A stretch of DNA of 64,000 bases, taken from contig CM119372.1 of assembly GCA_051294905.1 (NCBI GenBank), forward strand, positions 37,636,001-37,700,000, read 5' to 3'. Position 1 is the stretch's first letter. Each line of letters starts with the position of its first letter. Of the stretch, positions 25,736 to 40,700 are shown piece by piece. Position numbers and translations under genes: made by a program. Origin of the DNA: Botryllus schlosseri (Eukaryota). The notes below the pieces were generated by a model. The model was not told the DNA's origin. It made no database searches and saw only the letters and a list, made by a program, of their open reading frames with translations.

Positions 25736-28700
25736 TTATATATCATGCCATAGCGACTTCACCTGTACACGAAATGGATTCAATGTCTGCACTGCACCTG
25801 CGCGTAACAGGTTTTGCGGTGGGAGAGATTTAGCTATTAGATGGGATCATTTTACCGGTGAAGACCCTAAGATTTTCGTGCGTTTTAATATGTAATTGAA
25901 AACCATAGAGAACATATTATGTATACCACAATCCTACAGCCGAGGTATATAACAACGCATTAAGCACGTTGATTATCAGAGTGTGGGCAAATTTAACCGA
26001 TATGGCATTTCTTGGTCAAGGATTGCTAAATTCCATGATGATTTTTGTAGATCATTTTAGGAAAAAAAGTTCGTTTTTGGATCAATATAACTATAAGATT
26101 GCGCTAATGCGTATCTCTTTTTTATGTTATTGTTGTTATCAAAAGAATACACAAATAAAATTGGATGCTTAGATTTATCTTCGATAACGTCACAAACAAC
26201 GTGTTGTCGTATGAGGGAGAACATGAATATAATTTTTGATCTTGAGTGTATGCTCTCACTTGAAGTTACTTTGACTTGGAAAATGCTAACTTTACTTCTG
26301 GCGAGAAATGTACTTCGACTTAAGTACTAACAATTATTACTCCTAATACCTCTAGATATTTCACAATATTGACCAAAACGACCAATATCGTCATTTAGTA
26401 ATAGAAAAAATGATGCTGTGGTGTTGTGCGCTTAACATGTTCAACCTTATCTTCATAGTAAAATATATAAAATGTTTACCTTTATTAGGTCCGTGATAGT
26501 TACTTCGCAACGGTCGATTGACTACGTCCTTTTCCCCAAACGCCCATATCACATTAAGAGGCCCTTCCTGTTGCGAACAGGATAGGATTATTCAGATCTT
26601 GTCATGTTAAATGTAAATTATAATCGGCATGCAATACATAGGCACGAGCTGTTAATAATAAGCAATGTTTATCTAAGTGCAGGGCTGTGGAGTCGGTAAA
26701 TTTTACCACCGACTCCGACTCCACGCATTTTCCATGGACCAACTCCGACTCCTGAGTCTTTAAAACTACCGAATCCGACTTCGACTCCGACTATAACCCC
26801 GACTCCAACAGTATTACCAATTTCCTTCGAAAATTATATGCCACAGTAACGGTTAAATGGCTATCATATAACCAATGAACATATGTAAACATATGATTAA
26901 CGATGGCATGCAAAATTGTTTCATTCTGGCGCAGCTCAAATTATTCACAAAGTATGAAAGATTGCCTTTCTAAATATCCTTCCTTTTTCTTTTTTTTTCA
27001 GTTTTTATGACATGGACTCTCTAAAAACCTATAATATGTATGAATCATTCAAACACGACATATATCCGATCCTGTATAAATAAAATGTAGATTAAACAAT
27101 CGTAGTGTGGCTCTTGTGTATGAGTCAGCAACTAATACAGAGATACATCTTACTAATTTTCTTATTACACACTGTACTGATTACAAGCACACACACTCTC
27201 ACACTACTAATAGGCATTGGTCAAAAACGAAATTTAGGAAGTAGTCAATTAGCATATGTTTAGTCCACATGCACTTGATCAAGTATTCAAGGACTAGGAC
27301 TTGCAGTCTTTCATAATCATTTGTTCGACCCAAGCAGCTAAGCTACACTACAAATATTTTTAATTTTGTCAAGTGGGAATGAGCGTTTGGTTATATTTAC
27401 ATCAATTTTACAACCAGGCGATATATTTGCTCTGTCACGATATCTTGTTATAATTCCAAAAATTGCATCAATTTGTGACTGCGTCGCGAAGATGCATATT
27501 GCTCCTTTCTTCCTCTGTGCAACTGAATTGTAATCTGCAAATATTGTCCAATTGTATCTATGTCAGGGGTCGCCAACCATTTCGGCCAAAGGGCCACATG
27601 AGATTTACGAACCATTGTGTGGGCAACTTGAATGTTGATAATCTCTTTTTAGTCGTCCGATACAAACGAACCGAATAAGGTAACATTGTAAACAAGACTT
27701 AGATGACTACGTTTTAAAATTGATAACAATTATGCCATGAAAGCTACGTGTGCAATTGTACAGTGTGCAGTCATGCCCTGGTCGCGCGAAGCGCGAAATT
27801 TATTCAAAGGTAATGAATGAATTCGATCAATAAATATATTACTGGCATATATAGGGGTGCCTCCATACAGCAATGGGCTCATTTGACAAGGACAGGATTA
27901 TTTGGCGTTTTAGACATAGTAATATCGACAGTTTCGGTGAACATGCCTCTGTCATTTTGTGCAAATGTTTCATCGCCGACGATCTCGCTTCGAGCGCACA
28001 AGCAAAGTCGCATGTTGGACGACACGTTATCTCCAAATTGCGAGTATAGTTGGACTCAATTATGAAAATTACGCGTATTTATAACTTTCAGGGGGGTTCC
28101 AATACTACATGCAAGAAATGTGACAATAAATCATGCGAAGTGATGAGAAAAATTTCAAGTCAAGCAAATCTGGTACGATGAATGTGGTTGGCCCCTGGTT
28201 ACGCCAATGCGTCAAAACTGCTGATCTAGTGATCATCAAATTTCGCGGTCAGGCTAATCAAATTTTGGTTGGCCTTGCAATTTTACCTGATGATATATCT
28301 GATTTCGAGAATTACGTCACAGGCCACACAAAGCCTTCTCGTGGGCCACATTTCGCCTGCGGGACACGGTTTGGCCGCCCCTGATCTGTATCGTTACTAA
28401 TAACAGTGATTGATGGTACATAAAAATCCTATTATAGATTAGTAATTCAAAGATACTTTTGAAAGCAATTGTTTTCATGATAAAAAGTTGGAGTCGGATT
28501 CGAAGTCAGAGTCATTTCCACAAACTCCGACTCTGACTCCAACTCAATCCAGCGAAAATTAGCCAAACTCCGACTCCAACTCCACCGACTCCGAATCCAC
28601 AGCCCTGGTAGTATGTCGATATCGCTTTTAGTTACATTGTTATTAATCAATAAAATCACATGGTAAGATACGCTGGAAGCGAAAACAAGAGATGCGAATA

Positions 28701-31700
28701 TTATTATTTAGGATAAAAGAGAATATTTTACTCATCGAGGAAATATAATAGGTCCCGCACTACACCACCGAGGATTATCTAGTTCAGTGGTTCCCAACTA
28801 GGGAGGAATTCCCCCCTTGGGGGGAATTTTACAATTTTTAGTTAGGAATTTCACTTTAGAATTGTAACGGATTCCCAAATTGTTCATGTCCGAACTGTCA
28901 TGTGGTCAACCAGTTATATCCGAACGTATGCTCCTTATGACTGATTTTTTGCTGGAAGTATGTTCAAATGCTGTTTGAAATCTCTTTTTCACATACAATT
29001 CCCCCTTGCTTTTTTAAAACTAGTTCAGATGTGTTGCAGTTTGAAAGACAATTTTTTACGCCGGCGTCGACCTCTCAATGAAATATATCCTAAGCGAGCA
29101 AATGTGGTGCCGAATCTATCACAACAAGGCCTCTAGTGAAAGTTTTTATCTTATATTTTCAAGTCAACATTTTCAGACAGGGATAAAATGTTCCAACGTC
29201 ATCGATTCAAGTCAAAGAGATCGCTAGCCTAGCTTTATTTTTAATGAACAGCTACCCGATCGAAAAAAGACATGTTAAACCTGTTGCAATGTTGTCGAAA
29301 CTTAGTGGTTGCCCTAAATTAAGTCACGAGGCTCCGAGTCACAAGTCAATCTCACTTTCATAGTTTTGACTCGAGTCAAGTTGAGTCATTTTCAATTCAC
29401 CATTGAGTCAAGTCCGAGTCCAAGTCACCGAGCAGAGGGTCAAGTCCGAGTCATGGTATTATGACTCGAGTCCGAGTGCAAGTCATTGTGCTGACTGCTC
29501 AGTTTCCAGTTGAAGTCTTGTTAAACCCACTTTTCATAACACGGTTTGGTGACATTGAATGATTTGGAATTATGATATACTAATTTTCCTCACTTTGAGC
29601 AGTTTCTTGTCTCATTTTCAAGTACCAGGACCAATACACGAAATTGCAATAGGGTCGTCACTTGTTCTTCGAAATTACAATGAAATGTCGGTCTTGTCGT
29701 CTTATAGTCTCGAGTCATATGACTTGGTTCGAGTCATGCACAATGACTCAAGTCCAAGTCGAGTCAATACACAGATTGTCTCGAGTCGAGTCGAGTCGTT
29801 TCCGTATTTTGATAAAGAGCTTCTTGGAGGTACAGAACTTCAATGTACTATTCAATTGTATATTTTGATAAAATGACTCGAGTCAAGTCGAATCATCAGA
29901 AAATGGTGACTCGAGTCAGACTCGAGTTTGGGCAAAAATGACCTTTTTTAATCATCGGGCAGATTTCTTCCAAGGGGATGATTTTGGCTAAAATTTCCGC
30001 CAATGGAGGCACGAGATGAGAAAGGTTGGGAACCACTGATCTACCGTAAACCGGGGTAAATTTGGACACTAAGCAGTAAAAGATATAAATGGTTATTGAT
30101 GGAAAAGGGTTGCCGCTGGATGTCCAATTCTTTTTCATGAGGCAACAGTACCACAAGTAGTCTCGAATCTCGATAAAAGGTGGATTCATTTCACTACCAG
30201 ATAAACTTGACTCAACATTGATAAATTATTGGCGGGGTCAATTTCATCAAAATTGATGGCCATTAAACTTCATTCAACCAAACATAGATAGCATGTGATT
30301 CATAGATTCAAAACTTGGCAGCAAATACCTCTAAGTAGTCTTAATCCATGGCAAAAATCTCAGTGGGCTCACCCTTAGATCAATACAAGAAAATGTGATG
30401 TTCAAAGTTACCCCGTCAGATTTTATCAGAACGGGGTAACTTTGGACAGTTGAAAATATGATATTTAGAGCTCTGGAAAGTGGCTGCTTCATCTGTGTCA
30501 AAGCGTATCGTCAACTTTATTCCTAATGACCGGCCAGATGGCTTTTTAAAATGGAATGAGAAGGTTATAAGTTTTAAGGTTTATAGGTCCCAATTGATGA
30601 AGGCATGACGGAAAATTTGGATAAGTGGTGAATAAGGGGGCATTACCGTTCATAAACTACCGAATTTTTTTTTGGGGGGGGGAGAGGGGATTAGGTAAAA
30701 ATCATGCAATAGGCCAGACATATACTATTTTGTTTCTGTTTTAGCCACTGCTCTCATTAACTCTTACCAAATAAGCCTCATTGACGAGGTTTCATAACCA
30801 ATAGAGTGTAAAGGCATACAAAAAACTACATTGTCCAAAGTTACCCCACATGCAGGGGTAACTTTGTACACGGATAACTTACAAAAATAAGGTACTTATT
30901 TATGACCATGACGATTTGTGTTTAGATAATTCTAATCTTTGCTCCACGACCCCTGAAAAACACAAAACTTGCCTACCCTACACCCTAGCATTTCCAAGAT
31001 ACAAAGCGGAATTGTTGAAAATTGTCCAAAGTTACCCCGGTTTACGGTAGTTTCATTCGGAATCATGGTTATCATAGTTGTCGGATGCCATGTCTGTAAC
31101 TGAGATACGGGCTAAGCAAAACTCACTCATTACCTGCTGGTCGTGAAGTCCGCGGTGAGATATTAACCCACACATTTGTCTAATCCTCGTTTATTCAAAT
31201 AGCTACAGCCTATGTGGGTTGGAGGCTACATGAGTGTCTCGAATGAGAGAGAATTCACGTAATATCGTCAAAGAAATATATCCCAAGACCATGGACAATA
31301 TTAGGCGATTGTCTCGCGTAATGGTGTGGTTTTCCAATAGCAAGTCCCTGCTAAACGTCAGGCCAAATGTTATGGATGAGCATTTATAAAGGGTATTCAG
31401 GAGTTTTGGATAGTGGGGAATGCAAACTCGGATTAAATCTGAAGTGGGGAATGAAGCCGAAAAGGCCGGGAACCACTGATCTATACTAATGCGCGAAGGG
31501 AATTGACGCATTCTGTAGGAATATAGTCCAGCGAGAGCATGCCGAATAACGGTGGTACAAACGACCCAGTACACACTCCATGGGATTTGCTATACATGCC
31601 CGATGCAAGATGGAAGTGAAACAAGTCATGATTACCGGATTTGATTCCCATATGCCCAAGCATTAAGATACAAAAGTCAAAACACAAAGTGGGCTGTGCT

Positions 31701-34700
31701 TTCGGTGATCACATTATGAAATATCATGGACGCCCGAGGTCAAATAACCGTAGAAGGGCAATAGTCATGCAACTCGAAAACAATACTGAAAACAATACCA
31801 ATTCAGGAATGACGTACCGATATCATTCGGTCAAATTTCCTTTCCTTAGCTTTCAACGATCTCTTGAAGAATACGATCGTTCTTTCATCGGTTTCTTGCG
31901 AAACTAGCACCTCGACATCCTGGGATTTGTCCACCCGCGGCACCCTGTTTCCGCCGGCCCAGACGTCCTGATCGAAAGGTTCAATACTGTCATTCAACTT
32001 GAGAGACACTATATGCACTAATGGTATTGCAATCGACTCTCATACATGATATAAAAACAGGTATTTGGTAGCGAAGTAGGCCTACTTTCACTACATAATA
32101 AATATAATATGATAACACACTTTGAAGAAAATATTATTTAATGTTTCATGTGGTAGGTTTAGTTTACTTTCTTACTACGAGTGATATTGCCATAATAACT
32201 TTTACTTGAGAATATCGTGATAACTAATGCATCCTTTTCATACTGCGGCAGTCTTCTAGAAAGAGGGCATCCTATAACATATAACAAATTCAGGAGCAAT
32301 ATTCCCTCTAATTTCTCACGAGTCTGCGCGCACTCACCAACTCACTGCGCTGTCCCCTGGACAACAGTGCGTAGCGACTAAAAAAAAGTCATCACTCCGG
32401 CTTTTTGTGCTCACCTGAGATTTCCGGTGCGCAGAGACCGTGAAAGCAATGCGCAATTGCGCACGCGCGCAGCTTAGAGGGAACAGTGTTTGGGACATCC
32501 AGTTATTCAAATTTTGAAAAATTATGTGGATTGGTGTTACTGTAACTCAGTGCTTTTCAACCTGTGTGACGGTTCGAACTTGTGCGAATGAAAATTTTCA
32601 CTGCGAATGACAAGCGTGGTGCGAATGGTGCGAATGAAAATTGTCCATGTTTCTGACTTTTTTTGACGTGAAATAATTCAAATAAACCTAATGCGATACT
32701 AAGAACAATGAGACCATTAATTCTGTCGTTTGGAAGCAATTCTAAAAACTTGTTGGTAGTTGGGCATGGGAAAAAGAGGACAATTTTTCAAAATTATCAA
32801 ACTTGAATGCCGGTGAAAAATCCTGAAAAAATGGTGTATTTTTTCCACTTCGTGGTCGGTTGACCAAAAAAAAGGTCAACCTTCTCGCTCAACGCCCAAT
32901 CACTAAAATAAAAAAATACTGAGCGTTAGTTCAGTGCTATTTTATGGTATCTCGGTCGAATTTATTTTGCCCTATGTTTTACCAAAATTCTCAAAAAAGA
33001 GGACAAAATCGCAAAAAGGAGGACATTTCGGCGTCCTCGGAGGACATTTTCAAAAACCCGAAAAATGAGGACAAATCCTCCTAAAGGAGGACGTCTGGTA
33101 ACCCTGGTTTTTCTAGTTCACAAGCGAGGAACGCTCCCGATGCGTGTATATTGCGAAGTTTGAGAGAATATTTCCGCCTGGAAAAAAGAATTAGTGGAAT
33201 CGGTATCAGTTGCTCGGACTCGGAGTCATCCTCCGTGTACGGACCGTGTAGGAATGTAGGTAATAGTAGCCGATGCCAGTCTTGGCATTGGCATATTTGA
33301 ATGCAAATTATTGGAATTTTGGCACATATTCATGTTGGTTAACAGCAGAATTTTGCGTTTCTTCAACTATAACAATTAGCAAATTAAATATGTAACAAAG
33401 TGTTGTTTAGCCTACTCGTGTACCTAATCAAGTAATAGCGGTTGTTAAAAATAAAATTAGTGCAAGCACATTAGTGTCTTACGTGCGATGAATCGTTATC
33501 ATGCATTACATCGAATTATTAAGTCACTGGGCAGTTTATCTACGGACCATTGCAATAGCTTGTTTGTAATGTTACCTACACCATTTAGGCTCTGACACGC
33601 TTTCCGGTTCTTGGACTGCTGATCTCAGGTCGGGTCTAGTTCGTAAAGACATAGGCCTATATATAATTAATTGGTGATGCCACTAAGCTTGCTGATCCAC
33701 AGGAAAAGTTTGCCTAGTTCGTATTCGAGCCGCCTTTGTACCACAAACTTTGTAGTATTCTGAACTCTACCGAGTTAACTTGAGCACCCTCGGCAGAGCA
33801 AAATCAAATCTACCCAGACGTATGTCTTACGATATTCCTTCTGCAGCCTAATTTAGGCTTAATTCGACTGTTGAAACTTATTACTCGTTATGTATATAGA
33901 TATTGGGGATAGTAAATATAATTTGGCAATATTTCAGTCAGTTTGACAATGTTGTACGATACCCCTAGGAGTCATCCCGTAGTTGACAACCCGGAGCGAT
34001 ATAACTGTGTGGTAATCATGAATCTTATAGAAGTTATAATCATTCAAGATGGTGCAAGTGTTGGCTTTGGCAACACAAGGATAGCGCAAGTTGTTCTTGA
34101 AAGATATGTTGAATTGTGTGCTGGATAGATAAGAAACGAATGAAGCCTAAGCCTGTCCATAAATAATCGTCATCAATTATTCGGATTGTGTGGGTTTGTA
34201 TAGAAATGCATTCGTGATTGTAACGCCCACCGTACCATCCAATCGGCTAACATACCTTAGTACGGTGAAACATCTTTTCGAATGTTGTCAGAAAATGAAC
34301 CAACGGTGCTAGTCGCAACATTGATGCTACCATTCAAGTGCAGTTTCACTACTTTGTACGTTCTAAATGCGAACTCAATCACATCGCGATGACGTGACAT
34401 GTCGACTTAGCGAAAAAGTGATAATGTTGCGAGTGGATATTGTTCTTGGGTTCGCCCTTTAAACTTCGAAGGAAATAAATACACGATACTCCTGGAAACA
34501 ACGAATACCTTGAGAACAACGGGAGTGCTATATCTGTGATTTTTCGAGTGCAGTGATTTTAGTACTTGATTATTCAATAATAAGATACGTTGAATGGAAA
34601 GTATTGAAGCTCTGTATACCTCCAAGAAGCTCTTCGAATACAAAAGTGAGAAGTTTCTTCATTTTCGTTTTGTGTAATAAATTCTGGCTGGCTGGTGCGA

Positions 34701-37700
34701 ATGAAATTTTTTTGAAACAAAAAAGTACGAATGGAGCTCAAAAAGGTTGAAAAGCCCTGCTGTAACTGATTGTACGCAAGGCTTCTGGATACAAACCGGA
34801 TTCTAGTTCAATCAGCATCTACTCACAAATACGTAGCTCTTTCCATTTCTCACTCCCATCATTGCCATGTCGGCTTGCTTCATGTTCTTACCCGGTGAAA
34901 TTCCGAATCCTACCCATCCATTTGTCAGTGCTCCCAACTAAACGAAATGACGTTTATATTAGTGCATACGCATACGCATACGCATGGCTTATATATACCA
35001 ATGAAAAACCCAGGGTTGTAACCAAGTCACAAAGCTCCGAGTCACAAGTCAATCTCACTTTTATATTTTTGACTCGAGTCAAGTCGAGTCATTTTCAATT
35101 CCCACCGAGTCAAGTCCGAGTCCAAGTCAGCGAACATGGGATCCAGTCCGAGTCATGGTATTATGACTTGAGTCCGAGTCCAAGTCATTGTGTTGACTAC
35201 TCAGTTTCCAGTTAAATCCTTCCTAAACCCACTTTTTTAACTCTGTTTGGTGATATTGAATGGTTCGCATTTATAATATATCAATTTTCCTCACTTTTAG
35301 CAGTTTCTGGTCGCATTTTCAAGCACCAGTACCAACAAACGAAATCCCAATAGTGTGTTGGCTTCGAAATTACAATAAAATATCGGTCTTGGCCGTCTGA
35401 ATCTCGAGTCAATGACTTGCTTCGAGTCATGCGCAATGACTCGAGTCCAAGTCGAGTCAATACACAGATTGACTCGAGTCGAGTCGAGTCATCCGAAAAT
35501 CGTGACTCGAGTCAATACAACCCTGGAAAAACCTTCAAAAAATGGCATGGGCCAAATTTTGCAGACATATCCAGGTATTTAAAATTTCCGTGCGAATCTT
35601 ACCTGGTAAAATATATTCATTTCAAAGTCGACGGACCATTGCAGTATCATTTCCGATTTTTCGTCTAGGACAACCTTCCCAGATTTCGGATAGAAGGCAG
35701 ATCCTAAAATGTACAAATTGCACATCAATACATTTGCTAATGCCGATGAACCGACGAATGACTCTCTTTTGAGGATGCGTATGCTAATATATATAGTTAA
35801 ATAGTATATTCATATTGAAATGAACCCGAATATTTTCGGCTGACACTCGTCAGGGGTAATCGTCAGCAACTAGTAGAGAATTGGAAAGAACATTGAATAT
35901 CAACAATCGTATCACAAAATATGACGTCACCAGCATGAAATTTCGAATGAGAGAACGTTCAATGTACTATTTTTAGGTGATACACGAACTCCTTTTGTTG
36001 ACAGAGTTTTGGTTGGTGTATTTTGATAAAAGTTGATTCCAAGGCACACAAATGGAATTGTGAACGACCTCGACCTACGATTCGAAATCGGTCGTCTCGA
36101 TAATTATTCGCACAAATCGGATTATCCAACAGATGTTTGCCGATGGCAGAATTAATGGCCTTTGATCGATCAGCATCAATCTTAAGTGGATGCCATCGGC
36201 AAACATCTGTTGGATAATCCGATTTGTGCGAATAATTATCGAGACGACCGATTTCGAATCGTAGGTCGAGGTCGTTCACAATTCCATTTGTGTGCCTTGG
36301 AATCAACTTTTATCAAAATACACCAACCAAAACTCTGTCAACAAAAGGAGTTCGTGTATCACCTAAAAATAGTACATTGAACGTTCTCTCATTCGAAATT
36401 TCATGCTGGTGACGTCATATTTTGTGATACGATTGTTGATATTCAATGTTCTTTCCAATTCTCTACTAGTTGCTGACGATTACCCCTGACGAGTGTCAGC
36501 CGAAAATATTCGGGTTCATTTCAATATGAATATACTATTTAATTGTATATTGAAGTTCTGTACCTCCAAGAAGCTCTTCTAATATATATAGTAATAATGG
36601 GATTACAGATATTAAAATTTTTACTCGTTTGAGAACAGTGTTTTCTCGAAAGATAATATTTGTAAAGTACGCCCTATTGAATATGTTACGCAATCATAGA
36701 TTACACCAGGATTAGTGATCTGCGCCAAGCATACTGTGAGGCGATGTTCCCTCTATAAGTGGACAAAGTCGCCGCGCACAGAAAAATTAGTTCCGCGCAC
36801 AAAAAAGCGAAAGTGATGACCTTTTTATTTATTTTTTAGACGTTACGCACTGCTGTCCGTGGAATAGCGCAGTGAGTTGGTGAGTGCGCGCAGATTCGTA
36901 AAAAATTAGAGGGAACAATGCTGTGAGGCGGATTTATACACGGTGAAATGAGGTGGATCGTCACGTGGAAGGTTGGATACAAACTAGTCGTGCCCAAAAA
37001 GACGTATTTATAGCTATCCACTACTTTCGTCTATTCATGCTCTGAACCGAATGGATGGTGACTTACTTAAAAACGGATGCACAAGTTGCACTGATGCTGA
37101 TCCTGGAAAACAAGATGGATAAATTGGTTATTGATAATTTTTTAATCATGAAATGAAATCGTTTGAAAAATATTGAAGATAAATAGTGAGAGTAAAGTAT
37201 GGATCAATATTGGGTTATACCATGTGGTTCTTAAACTTTACTAGCTTACGGAACACTTCTCGGAATCCCAAATTCTCGCTGCGTCGTAACAAAATTTAAC
37301 ACAATACATATCTAATTAGACATCTAATTTCAGTTCAGCAATGCGAGGATTCACTTTAGACAGTGTCATGATATTTTTCGGTCCAAAGGCAACAGCGTGA
37401 TACTAATTGCGTACTCACAAATGCGGTTATAAATATAGTTGATGAGAATATAATTTCTATTTCTGAACAGAGTTTGCATTTTGAACCCCAAACTTTCCTG
37501 CGTCACGTACAATGCACAAAACCACACCAGTCAAAGTTAGACAATACCGATCGTGCTTAAATTCTCTGCAAACAATGATAGTCGTCAAGACAGGCGTATC
37601 ATCAGAAATCATGCATGACTTGAGTGTGTGTCGTTAATTCCACGGAGCCTCTGAGACTGGCTCATGGTAGCCCTAGTGTACCATGGAACACCGGGTAAGA

Positions 37701-40700
37701 AACACTGGTTTATGCGGAAGAAATCCCACATTCAGTAGAGTCAAGTTACTCGAGGAAAACGAACCGAAGAAACCTACGACCAACCTCTATTCTTTCCATG
37801 ATACCCTCCACTTTTCGGAATTCCATTTGTGATATCCCTTGGACCATACGCCCATATGATAGTCATAGGCCCATCCTGCAAAATAGATTCCGTGAATATC
37901 TCGAAACGTTAAATTCGAAAATATATCAAAGTCCATTATGCAGTGATTACTAACGAAACCGGCATTCAAGTACATTTATTTTGGCGCGCAGAATCACTCA
38001 TATCAACCAAAACTTAGTATGAATGCATCAATCGATTCAGTCAAACCGCAAAGCTAGTCATGTACACAGAACCTGACAGCGTATACTACCACAGTTACGG
38101 TGTATATATTCAGCGAATGCTGAGGTGATCAACGATGGACAAAGTACTCAGCGTTTGCGCTAACGTAAATAAAAAGAAAGCCCGCAAATTCCCATGTAGA
38201 AATAGCACTTTTCAAGACATGCCAAGACTACATCAAGCGGAAGCGAAGAATTGAACTCTGAAAAGTACTCACTATCTTATCAATGGTTTCAAAAAGTAGA
38301 GGTGTTCAAGGAATCGCATGAAGTTTTAGCAGGTAATTGAATGTGGCAGGTTCAGTACTTGCAAGTAATATCTTCGCGAAAAACATAGACGTGATACAAA
38401 CTTACGCAAAAACTACTTTCCAATTTCACAGATCTATATTGTAAAAAGTGAAAAAAATCTGTGAAAACTATTCAAGCGGAAGTGGAAGTCATCTACCTAT
38501 AGTGTATATAGTGCAAGTAGTTAAAACCTGCTTGATTACTCTGAGAAAACGTAACATTACATTTTCACTGATTCCCTCTAGCAGTGATCTTCAAACTGTT
38601 CTTAATCACAATAAAAATTAGTAAACTGGATAGGCCTAGGTCTCATAATATGATTGGTGACGTCAAAGCCAACAGGACGATGATTCATGATATCGGCTTC
38701 TGGAGTTAATCATTGCTGTTCAAGATTGATCACATGTCTGCAATAGCATTATTGGTAACTCAGCACTATTCTTGAATGATACGTTGATTGCTTACGCAAT
38801 TGACGTGGTTAAATGCGCTATCGCCTCATGGTAAAAAGGATCTCGGAGCAGTAGGCGGTAGACAGTTACTAGCGGATGCCATCCCAATTATCTCAGACGA
38901 CCTTGAGATCAATCGTGTTCATCCGGTTCGACACCGTTACTTTTAATCGGGCAATTCGAATAATGGTTCGAATAGACCCGGGGTGTCAAACTCAACTTAC
39001 GTCGGGGGTCGGATTCAAACCTTCAGATCGCTCGCGATACCGACCAGTTCAATGATTCTTAAATATCACGTCAAATCCATGCCCTTGTTTTTGTCTTGTA
39101 TACTTTATGATCAAGCCTATGTACAAGATAGTAAATTACATAACATTACTTTTCTTAAGAATTCTCTTCTAGCAATACCTTTATTCGCAAACCACGGAAT
39201 TTGCGAACATACGATAATTACCCGATTGAATGCAGTGATAACCGGTAAGATAGGGGCTCCAATGACGATATATGGTGGTATAATTCAATGCTCTATTTGT
39301 TTTAGTCGTTAGCCCTATACTATACATATGCGTCGTGAGTAATACTAGCGATTTAACTGTAAATGGAATTTGATTACTTATTATTGCCTAATCGCGATTC
39401 AGGTATCTCTGGAGGTCGCGGTCCTTTTGAGCGAGAATTGTTTCAGCAGTGCGACCACCGTAATATTATCCATATAACCTGTATATGACAGTTTCGCATT
39501 GACGTTGCCGCTTCTCTTAGAAATTATTTTTAGGTACATTTTCCCATAAAACTCTGTACTCAGTGTGCACTTTTTTGCGTTATCCTTGCCTCCTGTCAAT
39601 GCCGACGACTAGAGTAAAACGACTATACGGCAGTCAAATGGTTATCATGTGGCCCATGAGCAATTATTAGTGCTCTACATATGTAGGTGTGAGGGATTAA
39701 ATAAAGGAAACATTTCTTACTGCCAAATCTAAATATTTGTTAAAAATATTCCGGACAATACAAATATTTTCAAATCTACTCATAATTGCTTCGCGGGCCG
39801 GATGAAAGCGTCTGGTGGACTGGATGCGGCCCTCGGGCCGTATGTTTGGCACCCTTGGAATAGACTTCGAATCAGGGATTCGTTTCGCGGCACCGGTCTT
39901 ACCGTAATGTCTCGGTCTGATTTTTCGGACGCCAGGTATTTTTTTCGGAACGTTACAGTTGTGTGCGATGCTGTTTGTGAGTGAGACAATAACTCGACGT
40001 CTTTACTTCTATCTCTGGCAGGAGCCCCATTTCGCTTAGCGAACGTATCCTGTTTGAGTGTACGAACATGAGCTCAATGGAACCGGAAATGACCAATTAC
40101 ATACGGACATGCTCTACTTACCACGATGTAGGCTTCGCCATTAGGTCTGACGCCAGTCATAACTATATCGGAATTGGCCATGCTGTTCATTTTCGAGGCC
40201 AAACCAAATCCAATCCACCCAGTGGTTGGTGCCATCAACTGAAAGTATAGATACGCGTTACTAACACATATATGTGTATTAGGGCTGTTCAAAAATAACC
40301 TTTTTTCCTGAATCTTGCTGGCTACGTGATTAAATCGTTAGGTTGCCTTGAAAAACGACGCACAACAAACTTGAATTCATTCCAACCAATATTCGCGGCT
40401 TTCGTACAGTTTAAAAATTTTGAATTTGCCCAAAAATGCAAAAAAGTTTTTTTTCAAATTTTTCTTCCAACCCCATGAAATTGTTGCGCTGTCTACAAAA
40501 ACGATGCAAAACAAATTTGACTCAATTCCAAGCTGTAGAAGCGGAGTTATTCAAGTTTTTCGATGATAATTCTGGGATGATCCACCGATCAAGGATAATC
40601 CTAGAATTATCAAAGAAAAACTGACATAACTCCAATTTTGGGCAATTTTGGGCAAATTCAAAATTTTCAAACTGTACGAAACCCGCGAATATTGGTTGGA

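Larger units (their letters stand above)
35797..36578. mobile_element. Penelope-like element insertion: two inverted 5'-truncated copies (352-bp arms, 42-bp spacer) plus a 36-bp tail, with 13-bp TSD
   Basis: Arms 35797-36148 and 36191-36542 are reverse complements (no mismatch seen by eye). Both encode AIGKHLLDNPICANNYRDDRFRIVGRGRSQFHLCALESTFIKIHQPKLCQQKEFVYHLKIVH* (GIY-YIG C-terminus). TSD CTAATATATATAG at 35784-35796 and 36579-36591. Confidence 0.9.

Noticed and set aside
19999..25763. Read-through splicing of the DOMON gene (CAG|gtgaag at 25763) into the exon starting at 20097
   Set aside because: The frame is open for one exon but stops at once in the next (WLHKT*), whereas the signal-peptide frame continues through three exons.
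31641..31790. Plus-strand KVGCAFGDHIMKYHGRPR and minus-strand AWAYG resembling DOMON exon D
   Set aside because: No convincing splice context, and the genuine exon D4 is at 26567-26480. Treated as chance similarity.
33943..34365. Exon-like segments in the DOMON intron
   Set aside because: They lie inside the 32548-34759 element and have no DOMON motifs or compatible phases.
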